Part shown: positions 34,931 through 46,600 of the stretch, piece after piece
How the letters are laid out: each line of letters begins with the position of its first letter
Position numbering within the stretch: position 1 is the first letter of the stretch
Assembly: GCA_002633005.1 (NCBI GenBank)
Contig: NMRA01000714.1
Coordinates: 125,634-186,237 of the forward strand
Direction of reading: 5' to 3'
DNA: 60,604 nucleotides
From: Phoronis australis
Lineage: Eukaryota; Animalia; Phoronida
Program-made: the position numbers and the translations under genes
Notes under the pieces: model-generated
Told to the model about the DNA's origin: nothing
What the model saw: the letters and a program-made list of their open reading frames with translations, nothing else
The model's database searches: none

Positions 34931-35104
34931 TATGATAGGTGTAATGACATGATACTATGATGGACCCCTCGTGGTTCAGTCGTGCGACCAAAAAAATGAA
35001 AAACATTACTTCTGATATGGGCACATCGGCCTAATTGCGGTTTTAAAGGTAGTTTTGGGCCCTACAAACAGTCGTACACGTTTGGCTAACTGCGTATATC
35101 ATAA

Positions 35105-35297
35105 ATTACTGATCAGATTCATATTACTGATCAGATTCATATTACTGATCAGATTCATGCTAATGATCAGATTCATGCTACTGATCAGATTCATATTACT
35201 GATCAGATTCATGCTACTGATCAGATTCATGCTAATGATCAGATTCATGCTACTGATCAGATTCATGCTAATGATCAGATTCATGTTACTGATCAGA
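35105..35297. repeat. 18-bp minisatellite (tactgatcagattcatgc), ~10.5 copies
   Basis: Direct inspection; explains the LLIRFM-repeat ORFs. Confidence 0.95.
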
Positions 35298-36481
35298 ATT
35301 CATATGAAACTCAGATACTACGATTTATGCTATTTTCTTCAAAACGTTATCAATGAGGAATTGTTTTTAAAATGTGATAAGTTTTCAAGAATTAGGATTT
35401 TCATATTTTTATGAAAAAGTTGCGTAAAACAAAAATTGATAGTTTAGAATACAGTAACAGCGTTTTTGAGATTCGAGCATTTTTTAAAACAAAAATCTCC
35501 ATGTAATTGGTAGTGTTGTTTAGATATAAATTATTTTTCTTTTAGCTAATGTTTTCTTAAAAAGGAATAGCCACGTAACCTTAGTAATGGTAAACTGTTA
35601 TAAAGTCAAAAAATCAGGATTTGAATCATTCACATCTCAGTGTGTCTTAAACATAGTGATCAAGGTACAATTTCATGTCAGTTTTTAAGCAAATATATGT
35701 CAATCATACAGATCTACTGAGGGCTGAATGGAGAGCATATTAGCACTGTTCAGTGCCGCTTTGGTTTGTCTTCCCATCGATTTCTGTGTGTGAATTACAA
35801 TTTATGCTGCTATTGCTTCCGTTAGTCGATACTCAGTTTTCAGTTAAGAAGCCGGAGAGATAATTAAAGGCGCGCAGTTTAGATCGGCAATGCGTAAACA
35901 TTGATGTCATCAACTCACTACTTCCCTGTGTAAACACTGGCGGAACTGAGTCAACAGAGGTAAATTTCGTTTCCCAAAATATCTTGAACATGCTTTGTAG
36001 CATGTCACTTGTTTTGTTAATCTTAAGAAGCCGCCGCGTAGAAATAACCAAACATCTTTATTGTTCGGCCAACGAACCTACACATGTATGTATTCAGCGT
36101 GTATAAGGCCTAGCTATGTATACATGAGGGACTACTTTGGAAGTTCACACCAACACTGGTCATGGACATGTTTTCTCAAGTGTAATGTTTCGCTAGCTTG
36201 TGTCGATTGTCGCTCAGAAACAGGCGTCCGGAAATAAAGAGAGCTAAAACACATGTAGAGTTCTTGAGGACTTCCGGCCGGGTATCCACGACTTTGGGAG
36301 CTGTCTGTGTTCCGAAAAGACACGAAACAAGTGTGTTATCGATTTCAATTCTGTTAAGTAAGTGAAGATGACATGAATCACATATATAAATCGCTGTTGT
36401 TCGACCGACACGCTTTATCCACCATACGTTGACTGTTTTTACGACTGGCCTCACGGGTGTTTTTCGAAAAACGTGCACTTT

Positions 36482-36631
36482 CATGGGTGGTGCACCATAG
36501 GGGGGTGGAGGGGCTATAGCCCGCCACACTTATTTCAGTGTTGCACCGCCCAAGGCCATGGGCGGCGCGGATCATAGGGGGCTGAGGGGCTAAACCCCTC
36601 CCCCACTTATTTCAGTGCTGCGCCGCCCAAG
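36482..36631. repeat. Tandem pair of short MITE-like units (catgggYggYgc...cacttatttcagtg...cgcccaag)
   Basis: Two ~75-bp related units with G/C runs. Confidence 0.55.
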
Positions 36632-36936
36632 AATTTGGTAATTGTAGAAGGTGGACCCGACAAGATTTAAGGATATACATTTTAATGGGTTATTTGGGTG
36701 CTGTCGATCGAACCACGGAACCGACAGCGCGAGAGTAGTGGTGGAGAAGCAATCGGCGGTTCAAGACAACTCGGCCGCCGACTGTACGGGAATATTCCGC
36801 ATGTACTAGACACTGGCTGTTTTGGCATTGTTATGTAAGTCTTAAAGCAGAGTTTTGGTCTAGCCATGAAAAGAATTGACCGGTGGTATTCGGGACACTT
36901 TAATTAGCTCTTGCTCCGTCGCCGCTCCGACTGAGC

Positions 36937-36951
36937 GTTGCTCTAGGCAAG
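36937..36951. promoter_or_regulatory. RFX X-box-like motif GTTGCTCTAGGCAAG in a CpG-rich region upstream of the CXorf65-like ATG
   Basis: Close to the GTNRCN-(0-3)-RGYAAC consensus, last base mismatched; second half-site GGGCAAC near 37061. Confidence 0.3.
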
Positions 36952-37638
36952 ATACCTGTGCTTCTAGAATCACGTCACTAGTGAGACCTGTCTCTGAGGG
37001 CGTCTGCTTAACCTGTCTTTTGCTCTAATGGTTTAAGACCCCTTGACATTCGCGACCCCGGGGCAACGAAGCCAATAATCAAGGTCTTTATCGAGTAAAT
37101 CTAGATTAATTACATCATAAATAGACTTCTGAGTTGGGCAAACATTTCAAGCACTTGTCGAATCTTGCGGGCAATTCCGAAATACTAGTTTGTTTACTCT
37201 CCGCCTTTGCCCGTGGTCAAAAGGCTTCAGAAATCCACGAGAGACGCTTGTGGCAAAATTAAGCTTCGCGCCATGACAATACTGTGCTTGTTGATTTGAG
37301 AAAAGTGTATCCCAACTCGGTGGAAAAGGAAATTGTGGATTTTTAACAGGAAATTAGATTTGATCGAATTTTTGTTATACCTTTGTAGACGCCATCACAG
37401 CAAAAAGGTGGAGATCATTACGGTTGGACATCAATAAAGCTTTTGGAGCCGGATTGACAATCTGTGATTCAAAAACATGTTTGAATGTACAGAATCGATG
37501 TTGTGAATAAGGCGCGTCTGCTCTCACTGAAATAAATCGAAGGCAATCAATCTTAACCGAGCATTGATTGAAATGCTGAGAGTCTACTTGATATGACTGC
37601 AGGTCTACTGTCGTGGAAAATACCTGTCCTGTTCGAAG

Positions 37639-37663
37639 ATGTACATTGTCGTGAAATTCGGTG
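37639..37663 (+). CDS. CXorf65-like exon 1 CDS (MYIVVKFG)
   Basis: ATG, then gtaagt donor at 37664; upstream tgcag acceptor at 37602 suggests a 5' non-coding exon. Confidence 0.8.
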
Positions 37664-40600
37664 GTAAGTCTCTTATATATTGCAGTTCGTTCTTCGAAAA
37701 GGCACATATTTTTGCAAAATACTTCGTTATTTACTTTGATTGCCTGATAATTGTAATACACCTGGTTCATGACCCCTGTCTCTCTATTGCGCCTATTAAT
37801 TTTGAAAGCAAATGCACTGTCTTGTGGAACACATTCTTGATTACTGCCCACTGAAACTAGTCTTCTCCTTTTCTAATTTTATGTCTCTGTTATTTACAGT
37901 ATCATATAATTACCCAGTTGTACAGCTTCGCGTGTTTGTTAGCATACTCTATGCATATGTAGTGATTTGTACGTTTGTATAAGACTTTCAAGTCAGAATG
38001 TTGTATTGAAAACTATATGTATTTCTCTCCGCTACATTGAGATGAGTACAGTCACGGTTGAGGTCAGGAATTTTGCCACTAGATGTGGAATTAAGGAGGT
38101 TCTCGGGACTCCATTACATGAATGATTATGTAAGGTGTGTAACCAAGCTTTAATTGAAGACGAAATACGTTGCAATTTCATTTGCACTCCATACAATCGT
38201 TTCAGAACGGAGTTTCCAAGTGAATTCTCCCTTCAGACTTGTTTCTAAATTAACCTGTAGCTCTTGCGAAATTTTTTATTGGGGGCACTAGATTGCAGCA
38301 AGAGTACCCTGTATTGTGTATAAACGCTTACCTTTGGTCATAAAATATGACCTTGTGTTTCATTTCCACGTGTATTGTTTAGACTTTGTTGTAAATAACT
38401 GGCTTCGTTAGCGATTCCTATTCCCAGTTCTGCGGATACTGATAATCTCGTGTCAGTTGATATCACATCTCATTTTCTACTACGCAAGTAGTCAAAGGCA
38501 TTTGAATATGAGTTTACTCGTTTTTGGAAAGGTAGTCTTACACTTATTTGTTTACTGGTGTTAATCTTTTTATATTAGTTCATTAACTAACTGAGTGGTC
38601 GTGGTCGTTCACACAGATCTCACAGGTCAATACTGGTTTGAGCCTTTACGTCAATGGAATCGTAAACAGGCACTATTGGCCTGTAGTCAGTTCAATTACG
38701 CGAGCCGATATTTGAAGCAAAATAAACCCCACTTAAATGTCAAGTTTTATTGTTGTCGGTCCCGTTATGGCGAAAGCTCCATTCAGTGGTGGGGCACAAC
38801 CTCCTTGGTAATTGATAACTCGAATGTCAAAATAAAGAAAATTGCATAACTCTTCACACGTCTTGATGGCAAAATAAGTCGGTTATGTTTGTTTAATGTT
38901 GTCTACTGCGGCACATTATTCCGAGAAGTTCAATTTAACCTGATGCGTGTATTCAAACGAGAACAGAAGCTGAATATTGAAATTTAATTGGTGTTTTTAT
39001 GGAACCTCGGACAAATATGTAATGCGTTGTTGTCTGAGATGGAACAATTTGATTTCATTTTCATATGGCGTCAGACATTGTACAGTTAGGCTATCATACA
39101 TTACCCCTATCAGTGAAGGGACGGTATCATATTTATTAATGCAAGACTTGTGTCGCTTCATTCGTCTCGGTCAGTAACAAAGTTTTGCTACAGAAACTGT
39201 CTCTCTCCCGACGCGTGATTACTGTCCAATCAATGGTCGCTTTACGTACCTATGCTGGAATAGTTAACGAAATCACTCGACAAAGAAGTCGCGTCCCCAA
39301 AAAATCAATTTGAAAAATGGCTGAATAAACTAACGTGGCCGGTTAGTTCCCCAAACACTCCCACAGATTTGAGGCTTTGAGTTATTTGGCCCATAACCAC
39401 GTTTTCCAAAATCACCCCTGCTTTACAGTGATTTCAAAGGTGAATAATGAAATAGGTACTGACTAACGTTTAAGAAAATCATTTACATCTCAGTGCTTGT
39501 TCTGATGACGTAGGCGTGACACTTTTTAACCTGACTGGTATACAAATCATTTTATCAAAACTAACATTTGGTCACAGCGAAAGATTACTGTTTGCTATTG
39601 GATGTACGTTGCGAAGATTAACCAAACTAGGGTATGTACCATTACGTTAATGATAAAGAACGTCATATTATTTGTTAATTTATGAAAGCTTTACAAAAGC
39701 GGCGTGGTTGTGTCTCCGAGTAACATTTCCACTCTGTCCATAGGCGTCACGTCTTAGGATAATGTCTACTTTTCATAACCACGGTGTCGCCAAATACGTT
39801 TTCAAATATACTATCTATATCATGAGTTCGTGTTCTTGTACAATTAAATAACTAGTTTCTTTTCGTTAAAAATCCTTAGCGTTATTACCGTAAACATCCG
39901 GGTTAATGCTCATGCTCGCGTTAGCGCCCCCTCCCGTCGTGTGAACTTTTGGGATTAAGCCTTCCCAATCTACCCATGGGGAGCGCCCACTGCTCTGACT
40001 AACGCCCACTGCTCTGACTAATGTCCAACAGTAATTTGCTGCAAGGAATTGATTTTCAAAAGAGTAAGGCACGTTTTCAAGTGCAGAAACCAGGTAAATT
40101 TTGAGTCGCGGTGTAATTGCGGCTGGGAGATACCCGGCCGTCGGTCGCAGCAATGGACATAGCATTTTTTAGTGTCTTCTGCATTGCATTAAAAGTACAA
40201 GACTTTATTGAGATGCACGTGCAGTCTCTAGAGTCTCAATTTTGTATATTAGTCGGGGTTAGAAAATAACTTTAACGTTTTATGTTTTTGAATTTACTTT
40301 CAAGTTCAAAGCCTGAATTTATACGAATACAGGTTTAATGGTTAAAAACGAATTGCTGAAAAGGTTCAATTGAGCTTTCGATATTTCATCTAATATGACT
40401 TATATCAAAAGCAACGTAATTCGATCATTTGTTCAGTTTAGCAGCCCAGGAGTTGAGTGGTCACATAGCGTGATGGTTGCGACGCTTTTTCGATCCTGAT
40501 AAAGTGCAAAATTAATTTCGACCTCAGAAAACCTGATTTGCATACATCATTATTTTTAATTGGTATAAATTATCAATATTCATATCTTTCAAATCACTTG

Positions 40601-43600
40601 GAGGAATCAGAAGATCTGTGGTTCGATTTTTATGTTTAATGTGCTGCGCGATTTATTTTGATACCATCGCGGTAAAGGTCACGTGAATATTTTCCAATCA
40701 CTACTATGGACATAGCAGTCAAATTAGGACAAGCATGTTTAATAGGAAATCTGCAATCCTTGCCCAAATGACCATCTAGACTTTTGCTATTCTCGATTCT
40801 GATGTACCTGATTCGGGCAATTTCGACCTCAATAGGCCTGCTTATAGGCTGAACCCTGGTTTACATGCTTGTTTAGCCGACTCTAATTAGCTGTGAAGCT
40901 AATTACAATTACAATTTAAAATTACAGTTATTAATATCTTTCAAACCACGTGATGGGGTTCTAACTATGTTTGACTAGATTCATATGTTAAACATTGTGC
41001 CCACTTAATGCTTCCTACTTGCAAGGTCATTCAAAGTCAAGGTCACGTGATTACTTTGCAAACACCCTCATTGCTATTTTCTCTCGAAAATTTACCTTAC
41101 AATAAAATTAGGGCTAGTATGTGCAAGTTTCTTTAGATAAAGCTCCACACGATGACCACTGATTTGGACAAAGACTGGTGATTTCTCAGATCTCTTATAA
41201 AACTTACGTTGACTGTTATGTACGTGGGACAATAGCAGTGACCTTGACATTGAATGTCTTGCACCTGGCGTATCAGAAATAACTTGGACACTATGCTTAA
41301 CATAATCATTGAGCCAAAGATCCTCAGATTCCGTCAACTGGTTTGAAATATTCTAAAATTTTCAATTTATGCTAATTAGAAGGCAATGTGTGCAAACCAG
41401 GCCGCCGGGGTTACCAAGGTCGAATTTGATTGCACTCCATCGGAATTTAAAACTGCTCCTAGAAATGATCATTTGGACAATGATTGTCGATTTCTTATAT
41501 CACTTGCTGCACAGCACATACATATCGTAGTTTAACTGAACATTTCGAGACAAAACAGCAGTGTTTGGGATGTGATCACGTGACCTTGACCTTGGTGTGC
41601 TTTCCGTAGATGCGCCAAGAATCTTGTGAAAACGCAGGAACACACAAGACATCACGAGATATCGACATGTGTTTCAAAAGTACCAGTGATCTCAGAAGTT
41701 TCCTAAACGAGATTCTTGCTTCTACAAAACTCTAATCTGGCTTACATGGAAATCATCAGCTGGGATGTTGTCACGTGACTTTGACTTTGAATGATTCAAA
41801 AATGAATCGCGCACATTGGCTTATATGGGAATCAAGAAAAAGGCGGCATATTATATCTAGAAATTCATGAGGTATCCTTATATTAATTTATGTTAGTTAG
41901 GACCTAATTACGCATTCAAATTAGGTTTTACTGAGAGAAATTTTTGCCCCATATCAGGATCGACGGAAAAAGCACCTCAAAATGGTTACATGGACAAAGT
42001 ATGGCGATTTCTTCCGTTGCATACGCTTACCCTAATCACTATCAAAAAGCCCATAGTATTATCGCAGTTACTGGTGGTAGTTGAAATAGCCCCAGGCCCG
42101 AATGATCTCTAAATTTCCCACCTGGGTCAAACGAGAAGCAAGTGCGATAATTCATCTACAAGACAGATCCTTTATAATTTTAAAACAGTATTCATTTTCA
42201 CGATTGGATGTACCCCGTGAAAACTACAAATTATGAACCATATCTTTACATGCCTGGCATAGTAGACAAATGTGTTGAATCGTTTGCTGAGCGTTACCGA
42301 TGCTTACCAACGTTTTAAAACATTGATTAATCAGCTGTCAATACCAATTACATGTACATGTAGACACGCTTTGTTTTAGATCAAGAAACGGCTCTATTTA
42401 ACCCCTACTGCCGTACAGTGTCGCTACTAGCGGATATCAAACAGCGATGTCACTGCAAAGAAGAAGGTACGTTTTAAAATATTTTCGTATGGTCATCATT
42501 GCTGCACGATGCATGTATACGAGCTAAACCACTGTCATTGTATTCGAGGTGTCACATTTTCTCAGCAGAAAATTTTCTTTGAGACAAGTTTTGTCGAACA
42601 CAAGTTTCCATTTGTTTTTAATGGACCTAAGAGGCCTGGGACGCAAAAAAATGATAAAATTGTATTATTCAAAGTGGTTCTCTGCCACTCAAACACAATT
42701 CAACCTGCTCACCAGGTCCTTTTACTTTTTATTTGTTAAAATTTTGGTGATGTTAAAGCATTTTCCTTTTGGTTTCAAATTAAAAAACGATCTGTCGACA
42801 GCTTGTCACCGTCGATTTTTCTCCTTGATGGCAAAGCCCGTCTCCTTATTTGGTATGGCAAGACATAGACATTGCAGATTTCCCTTACCCGGTATGTAGA
42901 AAATGTGACTTTTGACCTTTAATGTAAACAAAAACGATGGTGACTTCAAGTTGCAGCCAGTCCGATTGACAAGCAATTGATGTAAGGCCCAACTATTTAA
43001 AATTAATTATAAAGGTATCGTACTATTCAAATGTTTCCAAAATGCACTTGGAATTGTCTTTAGAAAGTGCATGCTTCACTGGCTTGCCTCTTACTGTGCT
43101 GTCCACCTCAGAGTCGGAGTGCGATTACACATGATAAACTGCTGTTCATATCCATGTTGTCAGTCAACTGTTTGTTAAGTGACTGTGAGCGCATGCGCGC
43201 ATTTATCATAAGTGGGAGGGAGATTAGAAACTGTGGTAACCACAGAGTTTTTCCTTGGCGCGTATTTTAAAAATCGTGAATTGTGTGGTTTTTCTGGAAA
43301 TCCGCCCACAAAGGAAGTGAATAACTCTGTAGTACACGTTGCGAGATGGTACCTTCGTCAGGAATTGTTTCAAAATCCAACGAGCTTTTGCGTTCAATAC
43401 CTCTTTAATAGATAAACGTCGGCGGCTACCGATCTCGCGTCAGGCGTCACTTGATGTAAAAGATAACCATGGCAGTGAGGAAAGCACAACAGGTTTCATT
43501 TTCATATCAGATAACGAGGACATGTGCAGTGTAATTTTCCGGTACTTTGTCTCTCATAAGGCATCTTCAGACGCAAGAGGTGACGTGATCACGGCGAAAA

Positions 43601-46600
43601 CATCACATACTTGATTACACACACAATTGACAACTACATGTATATCCGACCAGTGACTACATGTATATCCGACCAGTAACTACATGTATATCCGACCAGT
43701 AACTACATGTATATCCGACCAGTAACTACATGTATATCCGACCAGTGACTACATGTATATCCGACCAGTGACTACATGTATATCCGACCAGTAACTACAT
43801 GTATATCCGACCAGTAACTACATNNNNNNNNNNNNNNNNNNNNNNNNNNNNNNNNNNNNNNNNNNNNNNNNNNNNNNNNNNNNNNNNNNNNNNNNNNNNN
43901 NNNNNNNNNNNNNNNNNNNNNNNNNNNNNNNNNNNNNNNNNNNNNNNNNNNNNNNNNNNNNNNNNNNNNNNNNNNNNNNNNNNNNNNNNNNNNNNNNNNN
44001 NNNNNNNNNNNNNNNNNNNNNNNNNNNNNNNNNNNNNNNNNNNNNNNNNNNNNNNNNNNNNNNNNNNNNNNNNNNNNNNNNNNNNNNNNNNNNNNNNNNN
44101 NNNNNNNNNNNNNNNNNNNNNNNNNNNNNNNNNNNNNNNNNNNNNNNNNNNNNNNNNNNNNNNNNNNNNNNNNNNNNNNNNNNNNNNNNNNNNNNNNNNN
44201 NNNNNNNNNNNNNNNNNNNNNNNNNNNNNNNNNNNNNNNNNNNNNNNNNNNNNNNNNNNNNNNNNNNNNNNNNNNNNNNNNNNNNNNNNNNNNNNNNNNN
44301 NNNNNNNNNNNNNNNNNNNNNNNNNNNNNNNNNNNNNNNNNNNNNNNNNNNNNNNNNNNNNNNNNNNNNNNNNNNNNNNNNNNNNNNNNNNNNNNNNNNN
44401 NNNNNNNNNNNNNNNNNNNNNNNNNNNNNNNNNNNNNNNNNNNNNNNNNNNNNNNNNNNNNNNNNNNNNNNNNNNNNNNNNNNNNNNNAGGATAACAATC
44501 AACATACTGACCTGGACTAAAGACTATAATAGGATAACAATCAACATACTGACCTGGACTAAAGACTATAATAGGATAACAATCAACATACTGACCTGGA
44601 CTAAAGACTATAACAGGATAACAATCAACATACTGACCTGGACTAAAGACTATAACAGGATAACAATCAACATACTGACCTGGACTAAAGACTATAATAG
44701 GATAACAATCAACATACTGACCTGGACTAAAGATTATAATACGATAACAAATATGTTGTCCCACTACTTTACGCATACAGTAAATAAAAATGCACTATTA
44801 ATTTTAAGAAAACTTTGTAAAGTTTTGATTATTACATTTGGAAAGTTCAACAAGTCTAAATGTGTTCGTGACAATGTCATTGCAAAGTGGTAACTTTCGT
44901 TCAAATTGCATGTATTCACATTGTGTTCAATATCTTTATTGTCGCAACTAAATATCGTACTTTTGCCTATCACTACACTCCTCTGTTTTACAGTCGACGT
45001 TGAGCTGTCTGATGAAACCGGAAACGTGAAAAATTTACGTGATTCGCCCACACGCTATGCCAACGAACTATTGGAGGAGCGAGGAACGTTCGTTTTGCTT
45101 CGAGTTGAAAGTAAGCTTCACGATTCAGTATATGTGTGCGTGCGCGTGCCTGTGTGCGTGCGCGTGCCTGTGTGCGTGTAATCAAAGGTCGAAAGTGTGG
45201 TGTTACCACCCAGTTCATTACGACGGGTCGTGAAGGTGCTTAATATTATGAAGGGCCTTATCGCCTTTATCCAAATAAATACTCAACTATAGACTTTAAC
45301 TCAGCAAAAGTATATAAAGTAGAAAGCTTACAAAACTTAATTTTTTACTTTATATCATTCTGCTATTAATTTGGTCATGTGACTATGTCTTTTTGCAAAA
45401 TTTGGCAGCAAAGGAAGGTACGCCCATATCGAAACAACCGTATCAATAACATGTTCAAATTTCGTTCGATATCAATGTTCAAGATGAAAACTCAAAAACG
45501 CTGTTACATTTTTCTAAATTATCATTTCGCTTCATGCTTTTTGTCCTATTTTGATTTTTTCATAAAAATCATGAAAGACCTATTTTGATAGCCCCTCGAT
45601 CAATTGCCACGTGTTACAGCAATTATAGAACTGTGCATAATTTGTGGCATCTAAAAGATCCATACGAACATGATCAGCCATTTATGAGATACAATGTTCC
45701 GAAAATTGCCAGATTGGTCACTTTTCATTACCTTAAATCTGAACATGAGAATCCGTCATCTCATTTCAGTTACTTTCAACGTACAGTAAAAATGTGCCGA
45801 CGACCGTCTTAACTACGATTGGATTTACGATCTCTGATAATACGTGCCATAGGTGTTTGTTGCCCTTTCTACGAGTCTCTGAAGGATTTGTGTGCACAAC
45901 CCTTAGCAGAGTGTTGTAGGAATTTGATGCTTCGAACTTCATCAAAAACAACACTCCCGTTTGCATCATCCTCAGTCCCTTTTCTAGCTCATTAACTTAG
46001 TTCACGGACTTTTGCTTCATAATTGCTACCAGCAACATGGCATAATCCATCGTTTAACAACTACACGCCCTATCTGCAGAACCAGCATGTAGCCAGAAAT
46101 AAAAATTTCGTTTGCTACAGTTTCGTTCAAACATCCGGGTGACATTTATTGGTGGACGCCAGGATACAGCTATCTACCCAGCGCATCAAAAAATATCTCG
46201 TAAAAAACGTTGATCAATTTTTTCCGATAGGCACGTGTTTCCCTAGAAACGGTAAAACACGGAAACTTCATTACTTGATACGTAATTTTTATGAGGTTCA
46301 TCAACTAATTTGTTATGTGTTACAGCTGAAAGTAAATCGAATTGTAATATTATGACCAGCTAGTTGAAACGTCTTCAATGAGTCGAGGAGTGCAAGTTGG
46401 GTTCTCAGAAAGTAAACGATGTCTTGAGTTCCGGAATGACAATATTGTCCGTCATGTCTGCAATGAATGGGCAAGTTTTTAACAACCAGTCACGTTATTG
46501 AGATGCTTTGTAATAAAAAATATCTATTTGCATTATTTTTGCCCCACATTGCAGTCTCAAAGCCATGACCTTTGGAAGAGTAATCTTATTGATATTTAGT

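Noticed and set aside
43772-44893. Long ORFs of 226-364 aa (also those at 6497-6994, 35055-35414, 50673-51036)
   Set aside because: Artefacts of N runs and stop-free minisatellites.
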